Below are positions 40,598 to 50,321 of a stretch of 64,000 nucleotides of DNA, piece by piece. The stretch is from an uncultured Nitrospira sp. (GTDB lineage Bacteria > Nitrospirota > Nitrospiria > Nitrospirales > Nitrospiraceae). Both the position numbers and the translations under genes were made by a program. The DNA is taken from positions 5,953-69,952 of the forward strand of contig CAYTAS010000008.1 in assembly GCA_964435885.1 (NCBI GenBank), read 5' to 3'. Positions within the stretch are counted from its first letter, which is position 1. Each line of letters begins with the position of its first letter. The notes beneath the pieces were generated by a model. The model did no database searches. It saw only the letters and a program-made list of their open reading frames with translations, and had not been told where the DNA came from.

Positions 40598-41602
40598 ATG
40601 ACGCAAGGTCCAGTCATCGCAACTCCACAGAGCATGTCTGACGTATGGGACGCCTACCGGAGTGAGCTGGACGGGCTGGAGGATCGGGTGCGGAAAAACC
40701 TCGACTCCAGTGTCGCCCTGGTCAATACGGTGGCCGCCCATATTCTGAGCGGCGGTGGCAAGCGCATCAGGCCGCTGCTTTTGCTCTTGTCTGCCCGCCT
40801 CTGCGGGTATCCCGGCGCAGAACACTATCAACTCGGCAGCATTGTGGAGTACATCCACACGGCCACCCTGTTGCACGACGACGTCGTGGACGAGGCCGAC
40901 CTGCGGAGGGGAAGAAGAACGGCTCGAAAGGTGTGGGGAAACCAAATCAGCATTCTGGTCGGCGATTTTCTCTATACCAAGGCCATGTGTAACGTCGTCG
41001 AGTTTCAGAGTCAGGGAATCAATGAAGTGATCTCTGAAGCCTGCAACAAAATGGCCGAAGGCGAAGTCCTGCAGCTGTACTACAACGGCAATCCCGCGAT
41101 GCCGGAAATCGATTACATCAAGATCGTCGAACACAAAACCGCCGGATTGATCGCTGCAGCCTGCCAGATGGGCGCCATTCTAGCTGACGCCACTGAGCCC
41201 CAACAGCAAGCCCTGTTCCGCTTCGGCCAATATCTGGGGATCGCGTTCCAGGTTGCCGACGACACTCTGGATTACATCGCGAACGGCGAATCGTTGGGGA
41301 AAACGATCGGACAAGACCTTCGGCAAGGCAAAGCCACGCTGCCGCTCCTTCATCTGCTGCAACATTGCTCGGAGCAGGACCGGCAAATGATCAAAGACCG
41401 AATGGAGACCCGGACGCTCAGCACCGCCGACTTGGAGCGCATTTTGTTCCTCATGGGGGAATTCGGGTCGATCGTCTATGCCATGGATCGGGCCAAGGCC
41501 TACATCGAGGCGGCCAAGCATGAGCTCGATCAATTCGACGATAGTACGCCACGGCGTGCGCTATCGGTAACCGCTGATTACATGATTACCCGCGACCGGT
41601 AA
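40598..41602 (+). CDS. ispB: Long-chain polyprenyl diphosphate synthase
   Basis: GGKRIRP, LLHDDVVD (FARM), FQVADDTLD (SARM), DLRQGKATLP. Confidence 0.88.
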   Translation: MTQGPVIATPQSMSDVWDAYRSELDGLEDRVRKNLDSSVALVNTVAAHILSGGGKRIRPLLLLLSARLCGYPGAEHYQLGSIVEYIHTATLLHDDVVDEADLRRGRRTARKVWGNQISILVGDFLYTKAMCNVVEFQSQGINEVISEACNKMAEGEVLQLYYNGNPAMPEIDYIKIVEHKTAGLIAAACQMGAILADATEPQQQALFRFGQYLGIAFQVADDTLDYIANGESLGKTIGQDLRQGKATLPLLHLLQHCSEQDRQMIKDRMETRTLSTADLERILFLMGEFGSIVYAMDRAKAYIEAAKHELDQFDDSTPRRALSVTADYMITRDR

Positions 41603-41728
41603 GTGTTTTCCCGCCGACCGGTAGGACGCTGAGCCGTGGAAGCGGCGCGGCCTAGAGCGAAAGGACCTCGTCCTCTCCTGTAACCATCAACCCGTCGTCG
41701 CCGTCACGACACAGCCAAGAGGTTGTTC

Positions 41729-43051
41729 ATGTCACAGATTTTTCCGTTTCAGGGTATGCGGTACGACCAGGCCACTGTGGGCTCCATCAAGGACGTCGTG
41801 GCTCCGCCGTACGACATCATTGACGCGGAGGGGCAACAACGGCTCCATGATCGTCATCCCCACAACATCATCCGTATGGAGTTGGGGCTCGAACAGACCG
41901 GTGACAGCCCAGCCCATAACCGATATACCCGTGCAGCCGCGGCCCTGCAATCCTGGATCAAAGCGGGAATCCTCAAGCGAGACGAGCGACCTGCCGTCTA
42001 CTATCACACGATTGAGTACCGTCCGCCGTACTCGGCTCCTGATGCGCCGAGCCAAGTGCTCCGAGGGTTTCTCGCCCTGGCCAAACTAGAGTCGTTGGAC
42101 TCCGGACATATCTATCCGCACGAAAACACACGTGCCGCGGCAAAGACCGATCGGTTGAACCTCATCGAAGCCTGTCGCGCGAACTTCAGCCCGATCTGGT
42201 CACTCTATTCCGATCCCGCCGGCGCCATCATCCGACTGCTCGAAGCGGAGACAAAGGGGAAGCCGGCGCAGTATGACTTTCAGGATGATGCAGGCTGTCG
42301 CGAATGCCTCTGGGCCGTGACCGATGCAACTGTCCTGAAACAGATCGCCGACCTGATGCAAAGCAAGCCCCTGTTCATCGCGGACGGTCACCATCGCTAC
42401 GAAACCGCGTTGAACTATCAAAAGCTCCGTCGACAACAGCCGGGCTCTCCGACCGGACCGCAGCCATATGACTCGGTCTTGATGCTGCTCACCCCGCTTG
42501 AAGATCCGGGGTTGACGGTGTTGCCGACGCATCGAGTGGCGACCACCGAACTGCCGCCTTCCGATCAGATCACACAACTGCTCGGAGACGTATTCGACTT
42601 CAGAGCATTCCCTTTTTCCCCGTCGACTCAGACTCAAGTCCGTCAGCAGTTCTTGACCGCCTTGAGAACCGAAGGCCAAACGATTCCGGTATTCGGGCTG
42701 ACTCGACAGGGCGACAACACGTACAGGCTGCTCACGCTGAAGCCCGCCTATCGCCCCTCCAGCCAAGCATCCCCTCGGGCCAAACTCGACGTCTCGCTGC
42801 TGCAACAACTGATCGTGACGAAGCTCTGCCCGACACAACAGGAACAAGAAGCCATCCTCTATACCAAAGACGACCATGAGGCGCTCGACTGGGTGGCTCG
42901 TGGAACAGGAACCGGCGCCTTGTTGCTCAATGCCACAAAGGTCAGCGAAGTCCGAGCTGTGGCAGCCGCGGGTGAACGTATGCCGCACAAATCAACCTAT
43001 TTTTACCCGAAGCCGCTGACGGGTCTTGTCCTCAATGTCATGAACGGTTGA
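41729..43051 (+). CDS. DUF1015-family protein
   Basis: APPYDII, YPHENT, IADGHHRYETA, MPHKSTYFYPK. Confidence 0.9.
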   Translation: MSQIFPFQGMRYDQATVGSIKDVVAPPYDIIDAEGQQRLHDRHPHNIIRMELGLEQTGDSPAHNRYTRAAAALQSWIKAGILKRDERPAVYYHTIEYRPPYSAPDAPSQVLRGFLALAKLESLDSGHIYPHENTRAAAKTDRLNLIEACRANFSPIWSLYSDPAGAIIRLLEAETKGKPAQYDFQDDAGCRECLWAVTDATVLKQIADLMQSKPLFIADGHHRYETALNYQKLRRQQPGSPTGPQPYDSVLMLLTPLEDPGLTVLPTHRVATTELPPSDQITQLLGDVFDFRAFPFSPSTQTQVRQQFLTALRTEGQTIPVFGLTRQGDNTYRLLTLKPAYRPSSQASPRAKLDVSLLQQLIVTKLCPTQQEQEAILYTKDDHEALDWVARGTGTGALLLNATKVSEVRAVAAAGERMPHKSTYFYPKPLTGLVLNVMNG

Positions 43052-43083
43052 ATGCCGATGACCATCGACCGAAGCTTAGAGTG

Positions 43084-44448
43084 ATGCACGCGAAGATTCT
43101 TATCGTGGATGACGATGCCGACATCGTCATGATGTTGGAGGACCGGCTGCACGCTTCCGGGTATGACACGGTCGCTGCATCGGAAGGGCAGCAGGCGCTG
43201 GACCAAATCGCTCTTGAATCTCCACAGTTAATCCTCCTCGATCTCACCTTGCCCAAATTGTCGGGTCTTGATGTCCTCAAGCGACTTTCTCACATGAAGC
43301 CGTCGGACCACATTCCCATCATTGTCATGACTGCGCATGGGTCCATCGAGGCCGCAGTGGACGCGATGAAAGAAGGAGCGTACGACTTTCTGACCAAACC
43401 TCTCGACAATGAGCATCTCCTGATCGTCATCCGCAAAGCTTTGGAGCGCGACTCCCTTCGGCGGCAAGTCGCGTACCTGCGCTCCGAGGTCGACGGACGT
43501 TATGCCTCCATCGTCGGAAACAGCGGATCCGTACGCGCTGTCGTGGAGGCGGCGCAACGGGCCGCCAAGTCGGATGCCAGCGTCTTGCTCCTCGGTGAAA
43601 GCGGGACCGGGAAAGAACTCTTTGCGCGATCGATCCATCAATGGAGCTATCGTTCCGCCATGCCGCTGATCGTCATCAATTGCGTGGCCTTGACGGAGAC
43701 CTTGCTGGAGAACGAGTTATTCGGGCACGAACGCGGCGCCTTTACTGGAGCCGATCGCCAACAGAAGGGAAAGTTGGAGATGGCCGACGGCGGGACCGTG
43801 TTCCTCGACGAGATCGGCGACATGTCGCTGCCGCTGCAAGCCAAGCTGCTCAGGGTCCTGCAGGACCGGGAATTCCAGCGTGTCGGAGGAACCAAAACGG
43901 TTTCCGTCAACATTCGCATCATCGCCGCCACCAACAAAGACCTGAGGCGAGCCGTGAAGGCGGGACAGTTCAGAGAAGACCTTTACTTTCGGCTGAACGT
44001 CGTCACGCTGACGTTGCCGCCGCTTCGTGAGCGACCAGACGACGTCCCGGCCCTTGCACAGTTCTTTCTCGATCGCCATACGCGGGACGCAAAGCGGCCC
44101 GGCATGGCTCTCAGCCCAGCTGCACTCGAAGCCCTGGCCCATTATCCATGGCCGGGGAATATTCGGGAGCTGGACAATGTGATCGCCCGCGCCGTCGTCT
44201 TAAGCCCAAAAGATACGATCGAGCCGGATATGTTGGCGCTGATGGCGGACGACGCCGGCCTCTGTCGACGAGCGGATGGCCCACTGCCGTATCTGGACTT
44301 GTCCTACCACGAATCGATGGAGCAACATAGCCGCTATATCATCACCCGCGCGATGGAACGGGCGGATGGAAACCAAACGAAGGCTGCGGACTCGCTCAAG
44401 CTCCAGCGCACCTATCTTGCCCGACTGCTCAAGCAGCTGAAAGACTAG
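43084..44448 (+). CDS. Sigma-54-dependent response regulator (NtrC/AtoC family)
   Basis: Receiver (VDDD, LLDL), GESGTGKE, GAFTGA, FLDEIG, WPGNIREL, C-terminal HTH. Confidence 0.95.
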   Translation: MHAKILIVDDDADIVMMLEDRLHASGYDTVAASEGQQALDQIALESPQLILLDLTLPKLSGLDVLKRLSHMKPSDHIPIIVMTAHGSIEAAVDAMKEGAYDFLTKPLDNEHLLIVIRKALERDSLRRQVAYLRSEVDGRYASIVGNSGSVRAVVEAAQRAAKSDASVLLLGESGTGKELFARSIHQWSYRSAMPLIVINCVALTETLLENELFGHERGAFTGADRQQKGKLEMADGGTVFLDEIGDMSLPLQAKLLRVLQDREFQRVGGTKTVSVNIRIIAATNKDLRRAVKAGQFREDLYFRLNVVTLTLPPLRERPDDVPALAQFFLDRHTRDAKRPGMALSPAALEALAHYPWPGNIRELDNVIARAVVLSPKDTIEPDMLALMADDAGLCRRADGPLPYLDLSYHESMEQHSRYIITRAMERADGNQTKAADSLKLQRTYLARLLKQLKD

Positions 44449-44469
44449 CGGATCAAGCGCGCCCTCTGT

Positions 44470-45228
44470 TCAGTTGTGTGATGTCTGCGGCTCAAGAGGC
44501 TGGCGGTCAACGAGGCGAATCAGTCCGGCTCGCACATCTTTCTCTGCCTGCGCATACCGCTCGGTGGTTCCGACATCGGACCAGTAGCCATGGAGGTCGT
44601 AACCGAGGATTCGTTCGCCTCGTTCAATGGCCGCGATGTATGGATCGATGATCGACGAAACGACCCCCTTCGGGACCTGCTGAAGAAGGCGCGGATGCAA
44701 AATGTGAATCCCCGCGAACATCCGGGGAACGGCTGGAGACGGAGACGAAAGACCTTTACCCGTGATGCGCATAATCTGATTATCGGCTCCCACCTCGACC
44801 AGCCCCCACCGCGCAGCATCTGCATCCCCTCGCAACACCAACGTCGCCACCGCTTCGTGTGTTCGGTGGAAATCCCACACTGCCCCGAGGTCCACTTCGA
44901 CAAGCGTATCTCCGTTCAGGATCAACACCGGCTCGCCCGAAAAGTGAGGTTCAGCTTGTTTGATTCCTCCCCCCGTGCCCAAGATGACCGGTTCATGTGA
45001 ATAAATCATCCGAACGCCGAATTGTGAGCCGTCACCCAAGACCTGTTCGATCATCGGACCGAGGTGGTGAAGATTCACGACGATTTCACGACACCCATGT
45101 CGTTTCAGCAGCAGGATGTTCCAGACAATGAGTGGAGTTCCTCCCACCGGCAAGAGAGGCTTGGGAATGGTGTTGGTCAAGGGTCTGAGACGGGTCCCGA
45201 GACCCGCCGCAAGAATCATGGCCTTCAT
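44470..45228 (-). CDS. murU: Nucleotidyltransferase, MurU-like
   Basis: KAMILAAGLGTRLRPLT..PKPL; adjacent to an AmgK-like kinase. Confidence 0.7.
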   Translation of the reverse strand: MKAMILAAGLGTRLRPLTNTIPKPLLPVGGTPLIVWNILLLKRHGCREIVVNLHHLGPMIEQVLGDGSQFGVRMIYSHEPVILGTGGGIKQAEPHFSGEPVLILNGDTLVEVDLGAVWDFHRTHEAVATLVLRGDADAARWGLVEVGADNQIMRITGKGLSSPSPAVPRMFAGIHILHPRLLQQVPKGVVSSIIDPYIAAIERGERILGYDLHGYWSDVGTTERYAQAEKDVRAGLIRLVDRQPLEPQTSHN

Positions 45229-45239
45229 ATGAGTAAAAA

Positions 45240-45328
45240 GTGAGCTGTGAGACGTGAACGGTGAATTGCCCTGCTTTCTCAGCTGTCCAAGCTTGTCGTG
45301 TTACATTTTACGCTTCACTTTTCACTAG
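45240..45328. repeat. Paired inverted period-7 repeats
   Basis: GTGA at 45240/47/54/61 and TYAC at 45301/08/15/22. Confidence 0.7.
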
Positions 45329-45333
45329 TTCGT

Positions 45334-46437
45334 TTACTGCAATTCCGGCACATACGGGGTGATGTGTCTCCGGAGCGTCTCCAGTTCTGGGTATTTGCAG
45401 AGGTTCCGCTTGACATAGCTCAAGACACGAGGGACATCACTCAGGAATTTGGCGTTGCCCTTGACTCGCTCGATATAGACGAACCGACCGGCGGCCTTCA
45501 AATTTCGCTGAATGCTCGTCAGGTCGAACAGGCGGCGAAACGCGGCGCGGTCGACCCAGACGAGACGACGTTCCGCTGCTTGATCGAGGTAATAGGCCAC
45601 CAAATCGTCGATGAGGGCTTCGTCGAGCTGAAGGTACGCGTCCCGCAAGAGCGAAGCCAAGTCATACGTCGCCGGCCCCATCAAGGCATCCTGAAAATCA
45701 ATGACGCCAAGCCGCACTCCGTCGACCATTAAGTTGCGCGAGTGGTAATCGCGATGAGTGAAGATACGGGGCTGGGACGCCAAGAGGTCGGCAATGCGTT
45801 CGAACTCCCGTCGAATGGCCAACTTATCTCTATCGGGTAAGGACCCGCCATTGCGAGCCTCGATTCCATACTCCAGGAAATGATCGAACTCCCACATGAG
45901 CAGAGGCGCGTCGAAACTCCGATGGAACGCCAGGCACCCAGGATCTGCCGGAGTGGTCGCGTTGAATTGCATCTGTACCAAAACATTGATGGCTTGTTTG
46001 TAACGAGACTCTAGATTCTGGGCATCCGCACGGCTGACGGTTTCTGCCAACGTCACATCTCCGAAATCTTCGAGATACAGCAGTCCGGCGGCTCGATCAT
46101 AGTAATGCAGCGTTGGGACAGGAACGTTCGCCTTGGCGAGATGAGCCATAATATTGGTGAACGGCAGTTCTGAAATTTGATGTGCCGCGCCACTGACCGC
46201 CTCCTCAGACTGTTTAAACGCTTCCGGTTCGGCCAGTTGCATCACGATCACGGAATGCGGTGGTCCACCCGTCACGATGGCACGGTAGTACCGTCGATTC
46301 GATGCATCTCCCGCCAACGGAACTAATCCCCTGAATGCCAAGCCAGGTGGAAGGTACGTCTTAATGGTCTGTTCGACAAGAGCGTGATTGGGAGGCGGTA
46401 ATGGAGATTTAGGAAGTGCGGGATTCGCCGTTACCAT
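45334..46437 (-). CDS. amgK: Aminoglycoside-phosphotransferase-fold sugar kinase, AmgK-like
   Basis: LAGDASNRRYYR, LEDFGD, HRDYHSRNL, IDFQDA, QRNLKAAGRF. Confidence 0.75.
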   Translation of the reverse strand: MVTANPALPKSPLPPPNHALVEQTIKTYLPPGLAFRGLVPLAGDASNRRYYRAIVTGGPPHSVIVMQLAEPEAFKQSEEAVSGAAHQISELPFTNIMAHLAKANVPVPTLHYYDRAAGLLYLEDFGDVTLAETVSRADAQNLESRYKQAINVLVQMQFNATTPADPGCLAFHRSFDAPLLMWEFDHFLEYGIEARNGGSLPDRDKLAIRREFERIADLLASQPRIFTHRDYHSRNLMVDGVRLGVIDFQDALMGPATYDLASLLRDAYLQLDEALIDDLVAYYLDQAAERRLVWVDRAAFRRLFDLTSIQRNLKAAGRFVYIERVKGNAKFLSDVPRVLSYVKRNLCKYPELETLRRHITPYVPELQ

Positions 46438-46498
46438 AACTGAGGGATTATACCGATCACCCTGTGACTTGTCACGAACACACCATATTCGTTCGTTG

Positions 46499-46900
46499 CT
46501 ACGGTTCCACTTCGGGAATCGAGTTCACCGGTCTGAAATTGACTGCTCGATGCATGGCAAGCACACCGAGTATGGCACCGATCGTATCGGCTACCCAATC
46601 AAGCACATGTGAATACCGAAATGGAACAAATGATTGATGAAATTCGTCGGTCGCCCCATAGAACGACGCCACCACGATAGCCAGTGGAATCGACCACCGC
46701 CTCCAGGAGGCATTCAGCGTCCCTTGGAAGGCCCGGTAACACAACGCCCCCAGCGCCGCATATTCGATGGCATGCAACACCTTATCGCTGAAATGACTGA
46801 CAATCGGCAGGTGTTCTTCCGGATGGGACAAGGAGGACAAATAAAAAATGACACTGGCATAGGCACACACCGGCCCCCAATACCGAAGAAATATCAGCAT
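46499..46900 (-). CDS. VanZ-family membrane protein
   Basis: DKVLHAIEY, TDEFHQSFVP.R, DWVAD. Confidence 0.88.
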   Translation of the reverse strand: MLIFLRYWGPVCAYASVIFYLSSLSHPEEHLPIVSHFSDKVLHAIEYAALGALCYRAFQGTLNASWRRWSIPLAIVVASFYGATDEFHQSFVPFRYSHVLDWVADTIGAILGVLAMHRAVNFRPVNSIPEVEP

Positions 46901-46974
46901 CTCACGCCCTCATAAATAATCGACACGACGACACGCTACGGATTACATCCACAGATTGCAGGCCTACCACCCCT

Positions 46975-49212
46975 ATGACATACTTCACAGGCGAAGGGAA
47001 CCCACCGCCGATGAAACATGTCCACGTATGTTTTTTCTGGCATATGCACCAGCCTTATTACACCGATCCGCTGGTCGGTTCAGCCAGTATGCCCTGGGTA
47101 CGCCTGCACGCGACAAAAGCCTACTACGATATGGCTTACCTCCTGGACAAATTCCCGGAGATGCACGCCACGTTCAATTTTACCCCGTCGCTGCTCATGC
47201 AGTTACAGGAAATCGGCAGCGGCAAGGTCCTCGACCTCTTTCTGGAACATGCCCAGCGTCCGGCAGCCGACTTGACCCTTGAGGAAAAGGCCTTCTTGAT
47301 CCGTCATTTCTTTTCAGCCGACCGGACGACGATGGTGCGACCCTACCCACGATACCATGACTTGCTGGTGAAACGAGGGGTGGACCTCCATGGACACGAT
47401 CTGCATCACATCGCACGCAGGTTTTCCACGCAGGAGTTACTCGATTTACAGGTCTGGCACAACCTCGCCTGGTTCGGGTATGGCCCCCTTCGACAATATC
47501 CCCGACTAGCCGCACTGCGCCAGAAAAATCGCGGCTTCACGGAGGAGGACAAACACGAAATTCTGGGGATTCAACGCATCGCCGTGCAAGACATCGTCCC
47601 TCGATATCGACGCCTGCTGGATCGCGAACAGATCGAGCTGACCACGACGCCTTTTTTTCACCCTATCCTGCCGCTGGTGATCGACACTGACATCACCCGG
47701 CGCGCGAGACCCGACCTCCCCTTACCGACTCGCTTCCGGGCGCGCGAAGATGCGGAAGCCCAACTTCGGCAAGCGGTGGAGTTCCATCGATCGACATTCG
47801 GACGTCCTCCGATAGGACTGTGGCCTTCTGAGGGATCGGTCTGTCCGGAAATGCTTCCCCTCGTCCATCAGACCGGCCTTCGCTGGCTGGCGACCGATGA
47901 AGGCATCCTCGCCCGCTCTCTGGGGATGTGTCACTGGCCATGGCATCGGCAGGCCGCGCTTTATCAGCCTTACCGGATCGGAACTGTCGAACAGCCCCTC
48001 ACGATCTTCTTTCGTGACCGTGAAATCTCCGATGCCTTCGGGTTTGTCTACCATAAGACGACGCCCGAATCTGCGGCTGAAGATGTCCTGCGTCGGCTCC
48101 TGGCCATCTCGCATGATACGCCGCACGATCGAATCGTCGTCTCCATCATTTTGGACGGCGAAAACCCGTGGGAACATTATCATGACGGAGGTGAACGGTT
48201 TCTTTCACTCCTCTACCAAGCCTTCACCGATCATGACTTGGACCGCACCGGACAGAGCACGACTCACGCCTCCACGATGTCCGAGGCCATCGCCTCCGTT
48301 CCACCGACCCAACACCTTCCCTGTCTGCACTCAGGCTCATGGATCAATGCCGACTACAAGATCTGGATCGGACACCAGGAAGACAATCAAGGATGGGACC
48401 TGCTCGGTCACACCCGATCAAGGCTCATGGAGCGAGCCCCCGATCTGCCTCCCGATCGGGCTCAGGCGGCGTGGCAAGAACTGTACGCCGCCGAGGGCAG
48501 CGACTGGTTCTGGTGGTACGGGGACGATTTCGACACTGATTTCAAACCAGAGTTCGACCGGCTCTTCAGAACGCATCTCCGCAATGTGTGGATACAGATG
48601 GGCCTTTCGCCTCCCACTCAACTGAACCACCCGATCTCCACGAGAGGAATCGGCGCTGAATCCGACTTGGTCCGACTCCCGGTTCGATCGCTCACACCCA
48701 CCATCGACGGGCTGGTGACCGACTTTTTCGAGTGGCACGGTGCCGGTACCATCGCGACTCAGCCTCCGCTGGGAGCCATGTGGAAATCTGATAGGATCTT
48801 CACGGCCATCCGGTTCGGCTGGAGCCTGGATCAGTTCGTGATCAGATTCGATCCCGACGAGACGGTCGCTAGGAAACAAGGCCTTGAAGTCGTAATCGTG
48901 ATGCAAGGCCCACAAACGAGCATTCGTCTGACCTTTCCCCTGTCCTTCCAGAAGACCGGGGAATTTCTCCTGTCTCAACAGACGGCCTCAGGGACATGGC
49001 AGGAGATCGCTCGCTGTCGAACGATCAGCTCGCATTCCATTATCGAGTTGAGTGTTCCCTGGAAAGACGTTCAACTCCGACCCGGACAAATCGCGCACCT
49101 GTCGATCATCGTCCGAGAGCATGGGCTGGAAGTGGCTCGCTACCCTGGCCCCAAGCCCGCCGTCCTGGCCGTGCCGGGACAGGACTTTGAGGCAGAGCTT
49201 TGGAGAGTATGA
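46975..49212 (+). CDS. Glycoside hydrolase family 57 (amylopullulanase-like)
   Basis: WHMHQP, HPILPL, WPSEGS (nucleophile), LDGENPW (acid/base), AEGSDWFWW. Confidence 0.9.
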   Translation: MTYFTGEGNPPPMKHVHVCFFWHMHQPYYTDPLVGSASMPWVRLHATKAYYDMAYLLDKFPEMHATFNFTPSLLMQLQEIGSGKVLDLFLEHAQRPAADLTLEEKAFLIRHFFSADRTTMVRPYPRYHDLLVKRGVDLHGHDLHHIARRFSTQELLDLQVWHNLAWFGYGPLRQYPRLAALRQKNRGFTEEDKHEILGIQRIAVQDIVPRYRRLLDREQIELTTTPFFHPILPLVIDTDITRRARPDLPLPTRFRAREDAEAQLRQAVEFHRSTFGRPPIGLWPSEGSVCPEMLPLVHQTGLRWLATDEGILARSLGMCHWPWHRQAALYQPYRIGTVEQPLTIFFRDREISDAFGFVYHKTTPESAAEDVLRRLLAISHDTPHDRIVVSIILDGENPWEHYHDGGERFLSLLYQAFTDHDLDRTGQSTTHASTMSEAIASVPPTQHLPCLHSGSWINADYKIWIGHQEDNQGWDLLGHTRSRLMERAPDLPPDRAQAAWQELYAAEGSDWFWWYGDDFDTDFKPEFDRLFRTHLRNVWIQMGLSPPTQLNHPISTRGIGAESDLVRLPVRSLTPTIDGLVTDFFEWHGAGTIATQPPLGAMWKSDRIFTAIRFGWSLDQFVIRFDPDETVARKQGLEVVIVMQGPQTSIRLTFPLSFQKTGEFLLSQQTASGTWQEIARCRTISSHSIIELSVPWKDVQLRPGQIAHLSIIVREHGLEVARYPGPKPAVLAVPGQDFEAELWRV

Positions 49213-49224
49213 TCGGCGGGAGGA

Positions 49225-49305
49225 GTGAATGACGAATGGAACATGGTTAATGGTTGAGCCGTCGATGCCCACTCCACATAATTCACCATCATACATACAA
49301 CATTG
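49225..49305. repeat. Paired inverted period-7 repeats in the GH57-galT spacer
   Basis: GTGAATG ACGAATG GAACATG GTTAATG, then CAT at 49287/49294/49301. Confidence 0.55.
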
Positions 49306-49316
49306 CTAGGAGGCAC

Positions 49317-50321
49317 ATGCCAGATCTGAGACGTGATCCTATCGTCGGTCGCTGGGTGATCATTTCCACGGAACGGAACGGACGCCCGCATGATTTTGTC
49401 AAGCCGCAGCAGGCTCGACCGGTTTCCGCAACGCTCTGTCCCTTTTGCCCGGGGCAAGAACGGCTCACGCCGAAGGAAATCATGGCCTATCGTCCTCAAC
49501 CAGGCGAGGCCAACTCCCCGAACTGGAGCGTCCGGGTCATCCCCAATAAATTTCCGGCGCTGCAGGTCGAAGGCGACATGGGCCGCGAGGGGATCGGACT
49601 CTACGATCGCATGAACGGGGTGGGAGCGCACGAAGTCATCATTGAAACCCCAAACCATATCGAAGGTTTCGCCGATATGCCGAGCAAACGGATTGAAGAC
49701 CTGTTGTGGGCCTATCGCGACCGCATGCTCGACCTGAGAAATGACGTACGGCTCCGCTACATCCTGATTTTTAAGAATCATGGCGCCTCGGCGGGAGCCA
49801 CATTGGAACATAGCCACTCCCAACTCATCGCCTTGCCGATCGTCCCGACCAGCGTCCAAGACGAGCTCGACGGATGCCGCACTCACTATCAACAGAAGGA
49901 GCGCTGTATTTACTGCGATATCCTCAGACAAGATCTCTCGAACGGCGATCGGGTCGTCGCCGAAAATCCCGAGTTCTTATGCGTGACCCCCTTTGCGCCA
50001 CGCTTCCCGTTCGAAATGTGGATCCTTCCCAAGCGCCATGCCGCCTATTTCGAGGACAACCAACGAGCCCAATTCGAGTTTCTGGCTCCCATCTTATCGG
50101 AGTCGCTCCGTCGTATGGATAAGGTGTTGGCTTGCCCTCCCTATAACTTCATCCTCCATAGCTCGCCGCTCCATGAAAAGACCGGCGAGTATTACCATTG
50201 GCACCTGGAGATCATCCCCAAGCTGACTCAAGTGGCCGGTTTCGAGTGGGGCACAGGTTTCTACATCAATCCGGTGTCCCCTGAAGAAGCCGCGAGGTTT
50301 TTGAGAGAAACGGTGATCTAG
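49317..50321 (+). CDS. galT: GalT-family hexose-1-phosphate nucleotidyltransferase
   Basis: CPFCPG, NKFPAL, GAHEVIIE, HSHSQ (HxHxQ), HWHLEI. Confidence 0.85.
   Translation: MPDLRRDPIVGRWVIISTERNGRPHDFVKPQQARPVSATLCPFCPGQERLTPKEIMAYRPQPGEANSPNWSVRVIPNKFPALQVEGDMGREGIGLYDRMNGVGAHEVIIETPNHIEGFADMPSKRIEDLLWAYRDRMLDLRNDVRLRYILIFKNHGASAGATLEHSHSQLIALPIVPTSVQDELDGCRTHYQQKERCIYCDILRQDLSNGDRVVAENPEFLCVTPFAPRFPFEMWILPKRHAAYFEDNQRAQFEFLAPILSESLRRMDKVLACPPYNFILHSSPLHEKTGEYYHWHLEIIPKLTQVAGFEWGTGFYINPVSPEEAARFLRETVI

Noticed and set aside
43084-44448. Sigma-54 response regulator without an adjacent kinase
   Set aside because: Orphan activators are common; all motifs are canonical.
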